From NCBI GenBank assembly GCA_964035545.1, contig OZ037765.1, forward strand, positions 20,274,995-20,338,994: a DNA stretch of 64,000 nucleotides, given 5' to 3'. Source of the stretch: Bugula neritina (Eukaryota; Animalia; Bryozoa). Shown piece by piece: positions 52,295 to 64,000 of the stretch. The position numbers were made by a program, and so were the translations under genes. Numbering within the stretch: position 1 is the first letter of the stretch; each line of letters opens with the position of its first letter. A model generated the notes under the pieces. That model did no database searches and was not told where the DNA came from. It was given only the letters and a program-made list of their open reading frames with translations.

Positions 52295-55200
52295 TATGTT
52301 AGATCATCTAGCATATATTTTACTTCTCTGTGATAATTGAAGATGTTTCACTGAAAGATTTTGCTTTTATTTATGTTTTTATATTTATTCATTTGGTTTT
52401 TTGACAGTCCATCCAGATCTAAACAATTTACTTTTGGTTAATTTATATTTAAAATAATTTTTTTCAGCCAATACAAATTCTTAAATTATTTAATTTATGT
52501 TCTAGCTATTTTAAAGTGACAAAAATGATATGTTATTCTAATAAAACAATCTATTAATATGATATTTTAATAGCTTATCTCATGAGGAGTATATTTACAA
52601 GATATACTTACCTACTTCAGTTAATAATGTAAAAGGTGTGCTGAGTTAATATAAATTCTTGGAACAGGGTTGCTTCAATTTACTTTGAAATATTGATACA
52701 AATAACTATCGAAAGAGTTTTATTGTTCGGCACTTCCCAATATTTGTCTTTGTAAAGTACATCAATAAAAAAACAGGGTAAAGCTATTGGGAATTCAAAT
52801 TCAAAAGTTTTAATAACATTTCAAAACATCAATTGAAAGTAACTTAATACATGAAATATAGCAATCCAGTTTGCATCAATCCCACTGTGACTAAATAATT
52901 ATGGGAAAATAAATTAATCCAAAACATTTTTAATTATCTATTCAGTGTTGCTATTTTATAATAAAATGATAGACTCTTGGGAGAATTGAGACACATAATA
53001 TAACATCTAAGTGTCTTTCTCCACAATACAACTAGCACGTAAATCCAATAAAGAGTAATAATTTATATAATTGAGGAAAAACTAGTGGTGTTTTTGTCCA
53101 CTGTCTGGATAATTTGTCTTGGGGCATAAAAAAGATCTTTTACTACTCTTTGCAGCTTAAGCTTCATAAACATTCCTTAAATTTGTCCCTAGTGCATTTG
53201 CTGAATTGTTGTTTAGAATTTCTATTATGAAAAAAATGCTTTGAAGTTGTTCTATATAATAGGATGCACTGCATTTTAAAAGAAACAACACGTAAAACTT
53301 TTTTAAAGAAGTGAATAGCATTATAGCTAAACTATCTTACTATTTTATAATGGGCAAATGTCAAATGCCTATTTCAGTGAAATGTGGCATTGAAAACTGC
53401 ATTATTAAATGAACTCAACAACTATACATATACAACCTTTAGCTGATTATTACATTTATCTAGCTAATTATAATATGTCAGCACCCACAAAACAGCTGGA
53501 GCACTTTACATCTGTGTCATTATTACATCTCTTAATTGAAATCTTAATCAGAATTATATATCACAACTCTGTATTGGCTATTGGACATCAACAGAGATAG
53601 CTAGATTCATATTTTATCTTTAATAACCAAAGATAATTAGTGTGTGAGCCAAATAACAATTTGCTGTTGATTACAAACTACCCTATAGACAGGCTAATGG
53701 ATATAAGAATACAATAGTTTTCATCTCTTTCTATTAGTACAATGTTCGTGGCATTCGCTCAAGAGTAATATATATAATCATATCAGATAATGTTCATTAT
53801 AGCATGCCAGGCTGAGCTTATGGCAAGCTGTGTGAAGTTCATTTTCCAAGTAAATTATTCAGCATTGATTGGTAAAACTTATCAGTAGCATTATTAATGT
53901 TAATATAAAGTTGTGAAATTAGAGGCAGCATAGAAGCAGCACTAGTGTCAGCAGCTCTACAGGAATATACTGTCTTTTAAAACAGAATTGAAAGGCAAAG
54001 GAGGAAAAAATAGAAAAGAGAAACTCCACATTCATTTGCAGCTCATGAAGGTATTGAAACTTTAACTTTCTTCTACTACTAATAAAATTTCTTTCTGAGG
54101 ACTCTGTTTTACTAAAATTTCATAAGAGGTGCTTGTCTTTTAAGCAAATTGTTTTTAACATTTATAATCTCACTAGTCTGTAAAAGCTACCACTATCAAA
54201 GTTGCTTTGTCAATAAAACAGGATATTTTCATTTTTTACTAATGATGATGTTTTGAAGCCCCGAGTTATTATACTACTTCAAGAAATGCGCAAAAGGATT
54301 ATTGACCAGGTTTGAAAGCAAACAATGTTTATTCATAAGTAGGGAACATATTATCCTATAGCACAGTCTCTTAGCTGTAGGTGACCAGATAAGGTATGCT
54401 ATTTATACAAGAAATATATCACAAATGTGCATGAATACAAAGAACATTTACATAAATGTCATGGAATATCCTCCAATGACAAATACGTTGTGGAGTTTAT
54501 AAAAATACCACAGTCTACAGCCCCCATGGGAGGATGATGGTGTTATAGCAGCTGCAGCCACAAATTGAGGGCACAAAGTGTAATGATCTCTTAGTGATAT
54601 TACAAATTATAATTATACTTCCAATCAAAATTGTCATCCTGGTGATTAGATCAGATCAGCTACAGGACTATTGTGGAGAACACTACTCAGAGTTGATGAG
54701 AAAAGGTACATCACTTCGTTTACCAAAGCTTTCAGTTTTGCTTTAGATCTTTTGTAAAGCTTAAAGTCATCCATATATCAAAGAGTAAGGTTTATTTTTC
54801 TGCCTTGTCAAAACTTTTAACCTTGTTAGAGCTGATGGTGGAATTAAAGCTGTCACAAGAAGGAGTGGATATATTTAAACCAGCTTTTTGCTGGTGTAAA
54901 ATCTCCCACCATCAACCTAGTTCTACTAGATTGGAAATTTTCTTGAGATGTGAGCTGGTCTGTTAAGACATTTCTATTCTTATTGTTTAGAACAATATAT
55001 AACCATTAGTATATCGTTATCATCATTATTAATATGAATTGACCACACAAGGATAATAAACATAGCAGTGGCTGACTGTGGAAAAATATAGGAAAGACAA
55101 CAAGAGAGAATACAGACAACAGTAGCCTGGGTTATGATAACAGGGCTGGAAGCTGTAGTGAGACTCTAGGAATAGCTGGCAGGAAGCATTAGACAGAGTG

Positions 55201-56520
55201 CAATATTCTGCTTACTTCCATCAGCAAAGAGACTAAAAATGACATATGTTGTTAAGGTTTTAACTGGATGCTAAATAAATACGGGCTGAAAGGCTGAGAA
55301 AATAAATAGGAGAAAAAGCAATAATAGTAATAGTAACAATCATTATAATTGCACTGAAGTATATATAAATTAATGGCATAACACTATATACATAAATGTA
55401 AGCATGCAATGTCATATAGATATAGCTCACAGAGCCATACTGCTACAAAAATTGATGCAGTTGTGATAATGACGCTATGAAGATGACATGGCAACTTCTT
55501 TCCCATTGTGTTATATAATGTATACAAAAATTAGAAAATAATCACCTCTATATGCTGATAGAAAACTAATAATGCAGATATAAAGTTGATATCATATACC
55601 CATTTATAATAATTACTGGTATACATTGTTTTTAATATGGAAGTTTAAATATAGCTTTTGATTTTATGGATAATTATTAGTTTTAAAAAAGTATAGGAAA
55701 TACGTAAAAAAAGGAATAAATTAACAAGGGAAATGGTATAAATGATCACTTTTTAAATATGAATTGAACACTAGGTATATGACAAAAATGTAAACAGAGT
55801 CTGGAATCCACATGATAAAGCCTTCAGGCCTTGCGTTGTAGGTTTATACACACACCACTGAAAACGTTATGACATCCAATTGGATAAGGTTATATTAATG
55901 TTTATTGCTAGTGTAAACTAGGTTTCAAATGTTTAGTCATACTATACCATAAATAATTTTGGTGACCAAGATATTTGTGTATTACTTGAAGCATGTGTCT
56001 TTTATTGTCAACTAGTTTTTGAGAAATTTTTAAAAAAGCATTAACATCTCAAATGTCTGCACATCAGACCTAAACAATTTACCTTATATGTTCAGAGCGT
56101 ATATTATCCTAATAGAATGTAAATAAATCAATCTGCTTACCAAATACAAAAATTCAAGCTCACACTATATTTAATTTGATCAAGTTAAAGACTTCGTAAA
56201 CAACCATAATGATGAGTAGATAATAAATGCCCATAGATTGATGGGAATTGCACTTACTACAATATCCACTGTTTAGAGAGCTTAGCTTATCAATTTATAA
56301 TGGTGTTTATTAGGAACCCTCATCTACATTAAAGTATAAAGCGAGCATTATTCTAATTCCCACTCTCTAGTGTATACTCAATTTATACTGGTAGTTAAAT
56401 ACTGAGAATTCTGTTGAACAACTAGCTCTTTCTCACTAATTTGCTGTGTTATCAGGTGCAGTGTGGTGAGAAGCATGAATACATATTCAGTGTTGAATTT
56501 GTAGAAGAAGTGCGACTAGC

Positions 56521-59500
56521 ATGAAGGTATTGAGTCAGCAAGACATATTCAGCAGCATGAACTACTCTACGGAATTAACGCCACCAAATATTTGCGCTGG
56601 ATGTTCACAGGTAAGTTGACATCTCAAGTCTAACAGTTTTAATAGCCAGACATGAAACAGACGTATGCAAGCAAATATTTGTAATTTAAACTACTGAGAA
56701 CTTTTGCATTGTGATTGGAGAATGCTTCAGTCTAATTATTCTGGGGAAACAACCTGATATTAGCAGTTTAGCCAGTGAAAGTGGCTTGTTGCAGTCTAAC
56801 TGTTATTATAATAGAGAAATATTGTATAGTATTAAATCTACATATAGAATTATGTACATTTTGTATTATGTTTAGCATAATATCACCAGATCAGGGTAGA
56901 TTGTTGCTATCAAATTAGTGCAGGTTTCATAGCAATAAAAGTTTTAGTAATATAAAAACTTTATACTTTGAAGGTAATTAAAGACAAATATCTCCTCAAG
57001 GCCGTAAACGAGGTGTGGCATGAAGAATGCTTAAAGTGCTCTTGCTGTAATTGTCTGCTCGGGGAAGTTGGTTCCTCTCTGTTTGTTAGAGCCAACCTAC
57101 TTCTGTGCAAACAGGACTACCTCAGGTTAGACTAACTATTGCCAACTCTAAGCCTGTTGTTGTGTTTGATACAATGTTGACAATGAAGTCACACCATAGA
57201 TGTACGTTTTCAGAAGGTTCTATTTAGCTAAAAATATTTCTTTGGAAAAACTTATTTATTTCAACAAATTTAAATAGTTATTTCAGTAAAATTTCCAACA
57301 AATTTATAAGCAAAAGTTGTATGAGCCTGTTTAAATTTAGAAAATGGATTAATTATAATATGATAAAATTATGAGTAATCATTAGTATAGATAAAATAAT
57401 GCATTCAGTAGCACAAGTGTATCTACAAGTGTATCTAGCATTCGCAAAAACCTCACCAACTTATACATCCTATAGTTTGTTATTAATTAGAAAAAAATAT
57501 ACACATATTTGCAGCAATTCTTGAGATAGATTAACACTATGATTTTGATTTGCATGAAAAGATAAATTCTTTAATATGTCATTGCTTTGTGCCTGCTAAT
57601 TCAACATTTTTTGTCAATTTTTTTTTGTATTGATACTAATTTTAGTTCCACAAAGTTTTCATTGTTACTCGATTGATTACATACTCATAAAGCGCAATCG
57701 CTTCCAGTCAATGCATGCTTTCAATGTTGTAAGCAGTCATAGCACTTTCACACAGCTGGTGTCAGTATTTCCCATTTAACTATTATCTTTTATAGCTAAT
57801 GCACATAATGGCTATTTCATCACAACGCATTGGCATACGACTTTCTAAAACTAGTTGTCTGTGAGGATGAATATTATGTGCAAATAGTCACTGTTTGATA
57901 AGTACAGGCTTGAATCGCCTATTTTTACAAAACTTGCATTGTGGGGTAGATAGATTTTGGAACATTATAATTATGATCTACTGAATGGTGAAAAGCCTAT
58001 TTTGCTTTTAACTCATGTAAATTCTTTTATAGTTAAACTTTTCTAGTTTTATAAATTCAAGACAGTCTTATGATAAAATAAGAGTAGCAAGTGCCATCTA
58101 TTCCAGCTACTGCAATAGCCTGAAAAATACTAACTCTTTCTGAAGCTATACTGAATAGTGCCGGACGTGAGAATACAGACACTGTCATAGGACCAAATTA
58201 GTAAGACAGTTTGATGCCATGATCAGAAATTCACATTATATTTGTGATCCATAATTATCTGCATTCAGGAAAGAAATAAACAATAGGCAGAGATTCCTAT
58301 AATTTGACATCATGATAATATTACTTCGAGTAATTAATAATTTATGTGTCAAATCAAATACACTCTGTTGGGTATTAGAAGCAATTTATAACTGCAAATG
58401 TCAAATAATACAAACATATGATATCTGATGAGGCATTTCATTCACAGCATGCTAATTTCGAATGTGCAGTCTCTACTGATAAATGCATGTTAAAGCAAAA
58501 TATTGATGTATTTTATCTTGCAATATAAATAATTAGTTTGCTAACGAAAGGATTGATGTCTGGAAGAATTTATTTAGTATATATCAAATTTATTGGCTGC
58601 ATTAGAATTAATCATCTACATACAGTGCTTATGCATTTGTTAATTAATAATATTATTTGAGGTGAAGATATCTAATGCATGCTAAAATAGCTGTTATAAA
58701 AGAACTGAAATGCTAGTATTAAATTATGTCTATGCAATTACATTGCTGTAAAATTAATCAAGGTGCCGAACTAATTTATAGTAGAACATAAAATAATGAT
58801 CTTTATGACTATAAGGCATGCTTATGCTGGTTAATCAAGAGGCTTTAGGTTTTGCCCCTAAATAATATTCTATTAAAAACCTAGTCTGAGGAGTTGTCTG
58901 TTCATCTGGTATTTATGGCTCAAGTAATGGATATCTAAAGAACGAAATTTATTATTCAGCTCACGATCAAGTTTCACTAAATGTTGGAAATTTGCAGCAG
59001 ACTCTAAACAGTATTTCTTAAGCACTAAGAGTTTTAATTGATGAATTAATAAGTTTATAAAGTTGGTGCTAATTTGAACGTCATTTAAATTTCATAGCAA
59101 TAGAGAAATTATGTGAGGAATACTTGATTTAACATTGTACATAGAACATTTATTGGACTTTAGATAACTTGAGTGAAAAGGCATGATGAAATAATCCCAC
59201 ATTATTGTACGTTGGGTAGTCAATAATATTAAGGAATCTGTGCCATGTTTTCATCTGTTTTACTGTTGTGCAGATTGTTTGGCACACCGGGAAGCTGCTC
59301 GGCTTGTCTACAGCCCATTCCACCATTTCAGCTAGTGATGAGAGCTAGAGAACATGCGTATCACATTGACTGTTTCTCATGCTACTACTGTCACCAAAGG
59401 TACTTGTAATCTAATAATACATAGTATATGTATTAAACTACTGAAAAATAATTATGATATTTTTTTGAAATCAATATAGTTACTATAAATCCTGTGTCAC

Positions 59501-59900
59501 ATTTGCATGTAATACTTGTGAGATGTTTTTAGAATATAAAATAAACATTAGCAAAGACATCTACAAAAAATGCTTAGAAAATAAAAGCTATGAAAATGGT
59601 GCTGACTATTTTAAACTGGTAACTTTCAAGTTCAGGTTTTGTAACGAGTAAAACTTCAAATACATCTACAGGTTCTGTGTGGGGGACAAGTTTTACTTGG
59701 TTGATAAGAGGATTATGTGTGAGAAACATTACATGGAGGAGGATTTGATGAACCAAGAGACAGCGTCTCTACTCAACACAAGCAGCCATGACCACTCTAC
59801 AGACTCTCATCACCTCAACGGCAGCCCCTTAACAGAAAGTGGCATAGATTTGTCATGCCGTTCTAAGGGTGATACAAACATCGACAATGCCATCTCATGA
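56521..59900 (+). CDS. LMO1/LMO3: LIM-domain-only protein (LMO1/LMO3/Beadex class); exons 56521-56610, 56974-57125, 59274-59399, 59672-59900
   Basis: CAGCSQ|VIKDKYLLKAVNEVWHEECLKCSCCNCLLGEVGSSLFVRANLLLCKQDYLR|LFGTPGSCSAC...VMRAREHAYHIDCFSC...R|FCVGDKFYLVDKRIMCEKHY: two LIM domains and no homeodomain. Confidence 0.93.
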
Positions 59901-60338
59901 TTATCACTCTAATCGGAGGATACAATATGTCAGATTAATTTAGTATAATGTATTTAACACTCAATTCAGGAATAGATATAACTTCAAACGATTGAATAAC
60001 CTTTTGCATTTTCCTGGTGTGCATGCTTGCATGGTGTATTCATTTACCATAAATAAGTATTGAAAGATGTGATGTTATGTATTTTGTTGTACCAGCTTTT
60101 TTAAACATGTTTAATTCTAAGTTATAGTATTGAATTGAAATCTAATACTTATGTAAAAGAATTTCAGACTTTCCATATAAAGTATAAATATTATATTTTT
60201 ACACCAAAATTTATGAATAAAACTAATAAACTATTTAGGTAAATAAAACAAAATAAATAGCAAATGGTACTACTGCACTACCAAACTAACAACTCAAACG
60301 TATAAACAGGAATGTATACAGACGGACTAACAAATATT

Positions 60339-63300
60339 TCATAGACCTTGTCGCCATGTTGGTACCGCCCTGCAAGAACAGAGATAGGAGTTACTGCTTT
60401 ACAATAAAATTATAGAATTGCAATAATAGAGTATCAGAGCACTTTAATTAAATACTTGCATTAAAACAGAATAAGTAAATGAACAGCCCTTTTAGACGAG
60501 AAATAAGGTATGACTATATAAGTTAGTAAACATGGCTCTGTCAGAATAAAATTTCAAACCAAGCAATTAGAACTAAATTGCAGTATCATGCATGTGCACC
60601 AAATACACTTCATGAGTAGACAAATCTTGAAAAAGTGATCAACGTGGAATAAAAGGAACCCTTAAACTTTAAAAATTTGATAGAAAACTGTTGCATAGTA
60701 TAAAAATTGTACGCAAAGTAAATTTATGCGCAATATATTAAATTTACTATTTGTATTGTCAGCATAGCATTTTAATACAGCATTACATAGCAAGATTATC
60801 ATAACATATACATTGTGTAACCAACACACCTGTGCTGCATTGTGTAGACTCTACCCGCCTCTGCACTTGCACCAACCTCCTTTGTCCTTGACTTCCAACC
60901 CTGCGTAGGTTGAAGCAGCCGACTTGGGTCACGTGATACTGAAACCTCATACTACAGGAGAGAAGTAAGTTTCAACCACTAATACATCGTATGAGGGAAA
61001 AATATCAGAACACATATTATTTAATAACAAAATGCTTACCAATTGACAGCAACAAATTATGAGCACATATTTTTTCCATTTGTGGCTAAATTTCCTTTAA
61101 AGAAATACTAAACCCTTAAAAATGGCTTTATCAGTAAAAAAATTGCAAACAATTAACAATATTTTACACTTTGTTGGCTGCATAAAAATTTCAATCTGAT
61201 TCAAAATAAATGAAAGTATAAAATTCTTTGACACTACAAACGCCCATAGAATATTCTAGAGTATATTTGCTCACTTGAGAACGTAGCTTTTTCTCCCGTT
61301 CAATCCGCTGCTGTTTCCTCCTCTCAACTTCCTGTAAGTGTTTGGTTTTCTGCAGCAGCGCGTATTCATTGCGTAGTTTGATTCGCTCTTTATCCATCTG
61401 TAACTTTTCCCTTTGCTGTTCTGACATAACAATTTCATGACTTTGAGCTTCGAGTTCCAAAAACTCCGCCTCTTCCTTTTGTTGTTTCTTGTACTCAGCG
61501 ACCTGGATAAAGAATACAAGGAGCATTAGTGCTCATATCTAGCACCACCCCACCACTAGTTAACAATGAGCTATGCATTCTGTTCAGATTCTTAGAGGAC
61601 ATTGATGACAATGAACTGATAAACAAATCGCAATCATTCAGCTAGTGTTTACTATAAGTTTTCAACTGTTATTTAGAACTTATTTCTTATAAAAAATAAC
61701 ATTATTCTCAATACTGCTAGAAACGAATAGTCGGTAACATTTCAGAATCTGGGCAGACAACTCCATATTTGTGTGCATGCATGATACTTACTGGTTAACA
61801 TATATGAGGATTCATTTTATTAATTCCTGCTGGGTAATAAGTCAATGCTTGAATAAACTATATATAGTAAAAGAAATACTGCAAATAATGGCTATACTTT
61901 ATAAAATAAAATTTCTGTAATAATGCCAATTGTAATGGAGAGGGTTGCCAATTAATATTGATAGATTTTAGCGAGAAAACTATTTGATGATGGCAGAGTT
62001 GAGAAAATAGCTAATAAATGCTATAGAAGGTTGATGCGAAGTTTATTATACTGGAAGTCTGCACCTTCACTTAGTTTAAGTATCTTCACAAAACAGATGG
62101 ATATTAGAATTGCAGTTTATTACCTCTCACAGGAACTGCTGGTACCGCTTACTTCATATCTAGATTTAATTTATAATAAAACTTAGTAATTAATAGGCTA
62201 ATTAATCTAATTACTAAAGTCTTAAGTAGTAGGAAGTGGAAGTCTGGTTTAGTTTGGTAATGCTCAAATATTACAATTAGATAAATCTTAGTAAATTTTT
62301 ACTTAGCCAGTTAAAGTTTGCTTTATTAGTAGGCTATTTGAAAACACTTGTAAAATATTGTACAGAGGCAACCGGCAGGCTTTTATTGGACAAATCCGCT
62401 GATAACCAAGCAGTTAGCTAGCTCCAGCATAAAATTCTACATGCTATAAGTTTAGGCTTTAAATCAAGAAGAAATGTGATGACCTTATTTCGTAACTCCT
62501 GCTGGCGTAACTTCTCTTCCTGTGCTTTTCTCTTTCTATTGCTTTCTTCATGGAGTCGTCTCTCCTCAGCTTCAGCACGTTCCAACTCCTTTTGTAACTG
62601 CAAGAAACACATTCACCACTGTTTATAAGCAGGTAATTACAGTATCAACCCTATGGCGGTTTATAAATCTAGTTAAATTAATGATTGGCATGTACTAATG
62701 CAGCAGCACCCTACATTTTTGACCAATATTGAATGACATCAAAACAATAACATCTGGTAGTGTTCTACCTTCCACGAATCTAGTTTCTGTAACTTATGCT
62801 GCCGCTCTTTTTCCATAAGACTCTGCTGCCTCTCGGCCTGTCGCTCTGCTTCGCTGTCTGAGTCACTCAGTTCTTCTAAAGCTTCATTCTTCTCTCCCTA
62901 CAAACAACAAACTTTAGTAAAATAACATAAGATGGGTTCATATGTTGTGAAAATACTAATGACAAGCATTGCCAGAGCGCTTTTGCATATTTTGGATATA
63001 AATATCAACTGATTTACTTGCGCATGGTAAAGCTTTATTCATTATTTCACAGACCTACTGTTTAACTGGATACAAAATACTAAAACTATCTATCTATCAT
63101 CTAATTAGTTTCTATTTTCATTGACAAACAATTCATGATATCAAAGCTCAGCTACTGTATTCAGTTAATAATTGGGTGTACTTGTTACATTACTCAAGAT
63201 AAATTGTTCACCGATAAACCGTGGATAATATTTCTGGGTAAAATTTTTCATGTGTTTAGGGCAATACTGTTTACCAACTAGAAACTGAAAACCTTTAAAC

Positions 63301-64000
63301 CTTTTTCTTTTCTTTCCAAGTTTTAATTGCGAGCCTTTTCTCTTCCTGCCTAGTGAGAAGCTCTCTGTACCATATCTCATGATCCCTCACTTCATTGGCA
63401 GTCTTTGTTGGCAGCCTAGAAGTTGCCTCCCTTAGAAATTGGTCTTTCCCCTGCAAGTAGTGAACGCATTAGTCTAGCTAATGACAGAGATCTATGTTGG
63501 TTTGTTGTTATGCCTAAGAAAAGCCAATCAGACATTATTAGGGAATCTACCTTGAACCGAACTCTCCACTTGAGAAAGGTGTTGTGGTCATACTCGTCCC
63601 AGCCACCCCTGACACCCCCTGTATCTTCTAGAAATTTCTGTAATCATTCATATTTGGCATACAATATAAACAACAGTAAATAAACTTCCCTAAAAAATTT
63701 TGTCTTACAAAACGTTCAGCTGACAGAGAGGTCACAATAAATATAAAAATCATAAAAACTTAGAAGACATTTAGTTTTTCTCTCAGTTACTATCAATGCT
63801 TCTTTTGCTCCCCTTCAATTTATTTACCAACTTGGTAAAAGAGAATTTTTTAGTCATAGCCAGTAGAAATAAAAGACACATTACAAGGTAGAGACTTACA
63901 GTATATTGTGCCACCTCAGGTGGCAGATTGCTAGTGACATCCTTAGCACCAGGTGGCTTAGAGGTCAAAGGTCGAGTGCTTGGAACTCGTTGGTCAGTCT
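60339..64000 (-). CDS. CCDC112: Coiled-coil domain protein 112 (5' part lies beyond the window)
   Basis: LPPEVAQY, KFLEDTGGVRGGWDEYDHNTFLK, coiled-coil exons and C-terminus VSRDPSRLLQPTQGWKSRTK...HR|AVPTWRQGL*, matching recalled CCDC112 motifs. Confidence 0.85.

Noticed and set aside
61858-62421. Possible Helitron in a CCDC112 intron (CTATATATAG... to ...GCTAG)
   Set aside because: No clear subterminal hairpin and no A|T insertion site; evidence too weak.

Overview
AT-rich, intron-rich metazoan (invertebrate-type) genomic DNA. In order it holds: (1) a predicted non-coding snoRNA host gene (minus strand, ~276-3392) whose introns carry 10 box C/D snoRNA copies of two families, six snR57-like (18S guide, one degenerate) and four snR38/SNORD1-like (28S guide), starting just behind the RPLP0 poly(A) signal; (2) RPLP0 (minus); (3) a low-complexity tract and a nested MITE > (TA)n > Penelope-like GIY-YIG fragment with two hammerhead ribozymes; (4) NDUFA11 (plus); (5) BANP (minus); (6) a complete outer-arm axonemal dynein beta-type heavy chain (DNAH9/11/17 class, plus, ~62 exons by manual count); (7) an LMO1/3-type LIM-only gene (plus); (8) the 3' part of CCDC112 (minus). 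The most striking signal is in the dynein gene. Two duplicated 170-nt exons (42176-42345, 42527-42696) encode alternative C-terminal halves of the microtubule-binding domain and can only be used one at a time. They are followed by intronic complementary elements that look like a docking-site/selector RNA switch and by a tandem array of RFX X-box-like 13-mers. All calls come from reading the sequence by eye; no database search or folding was run.
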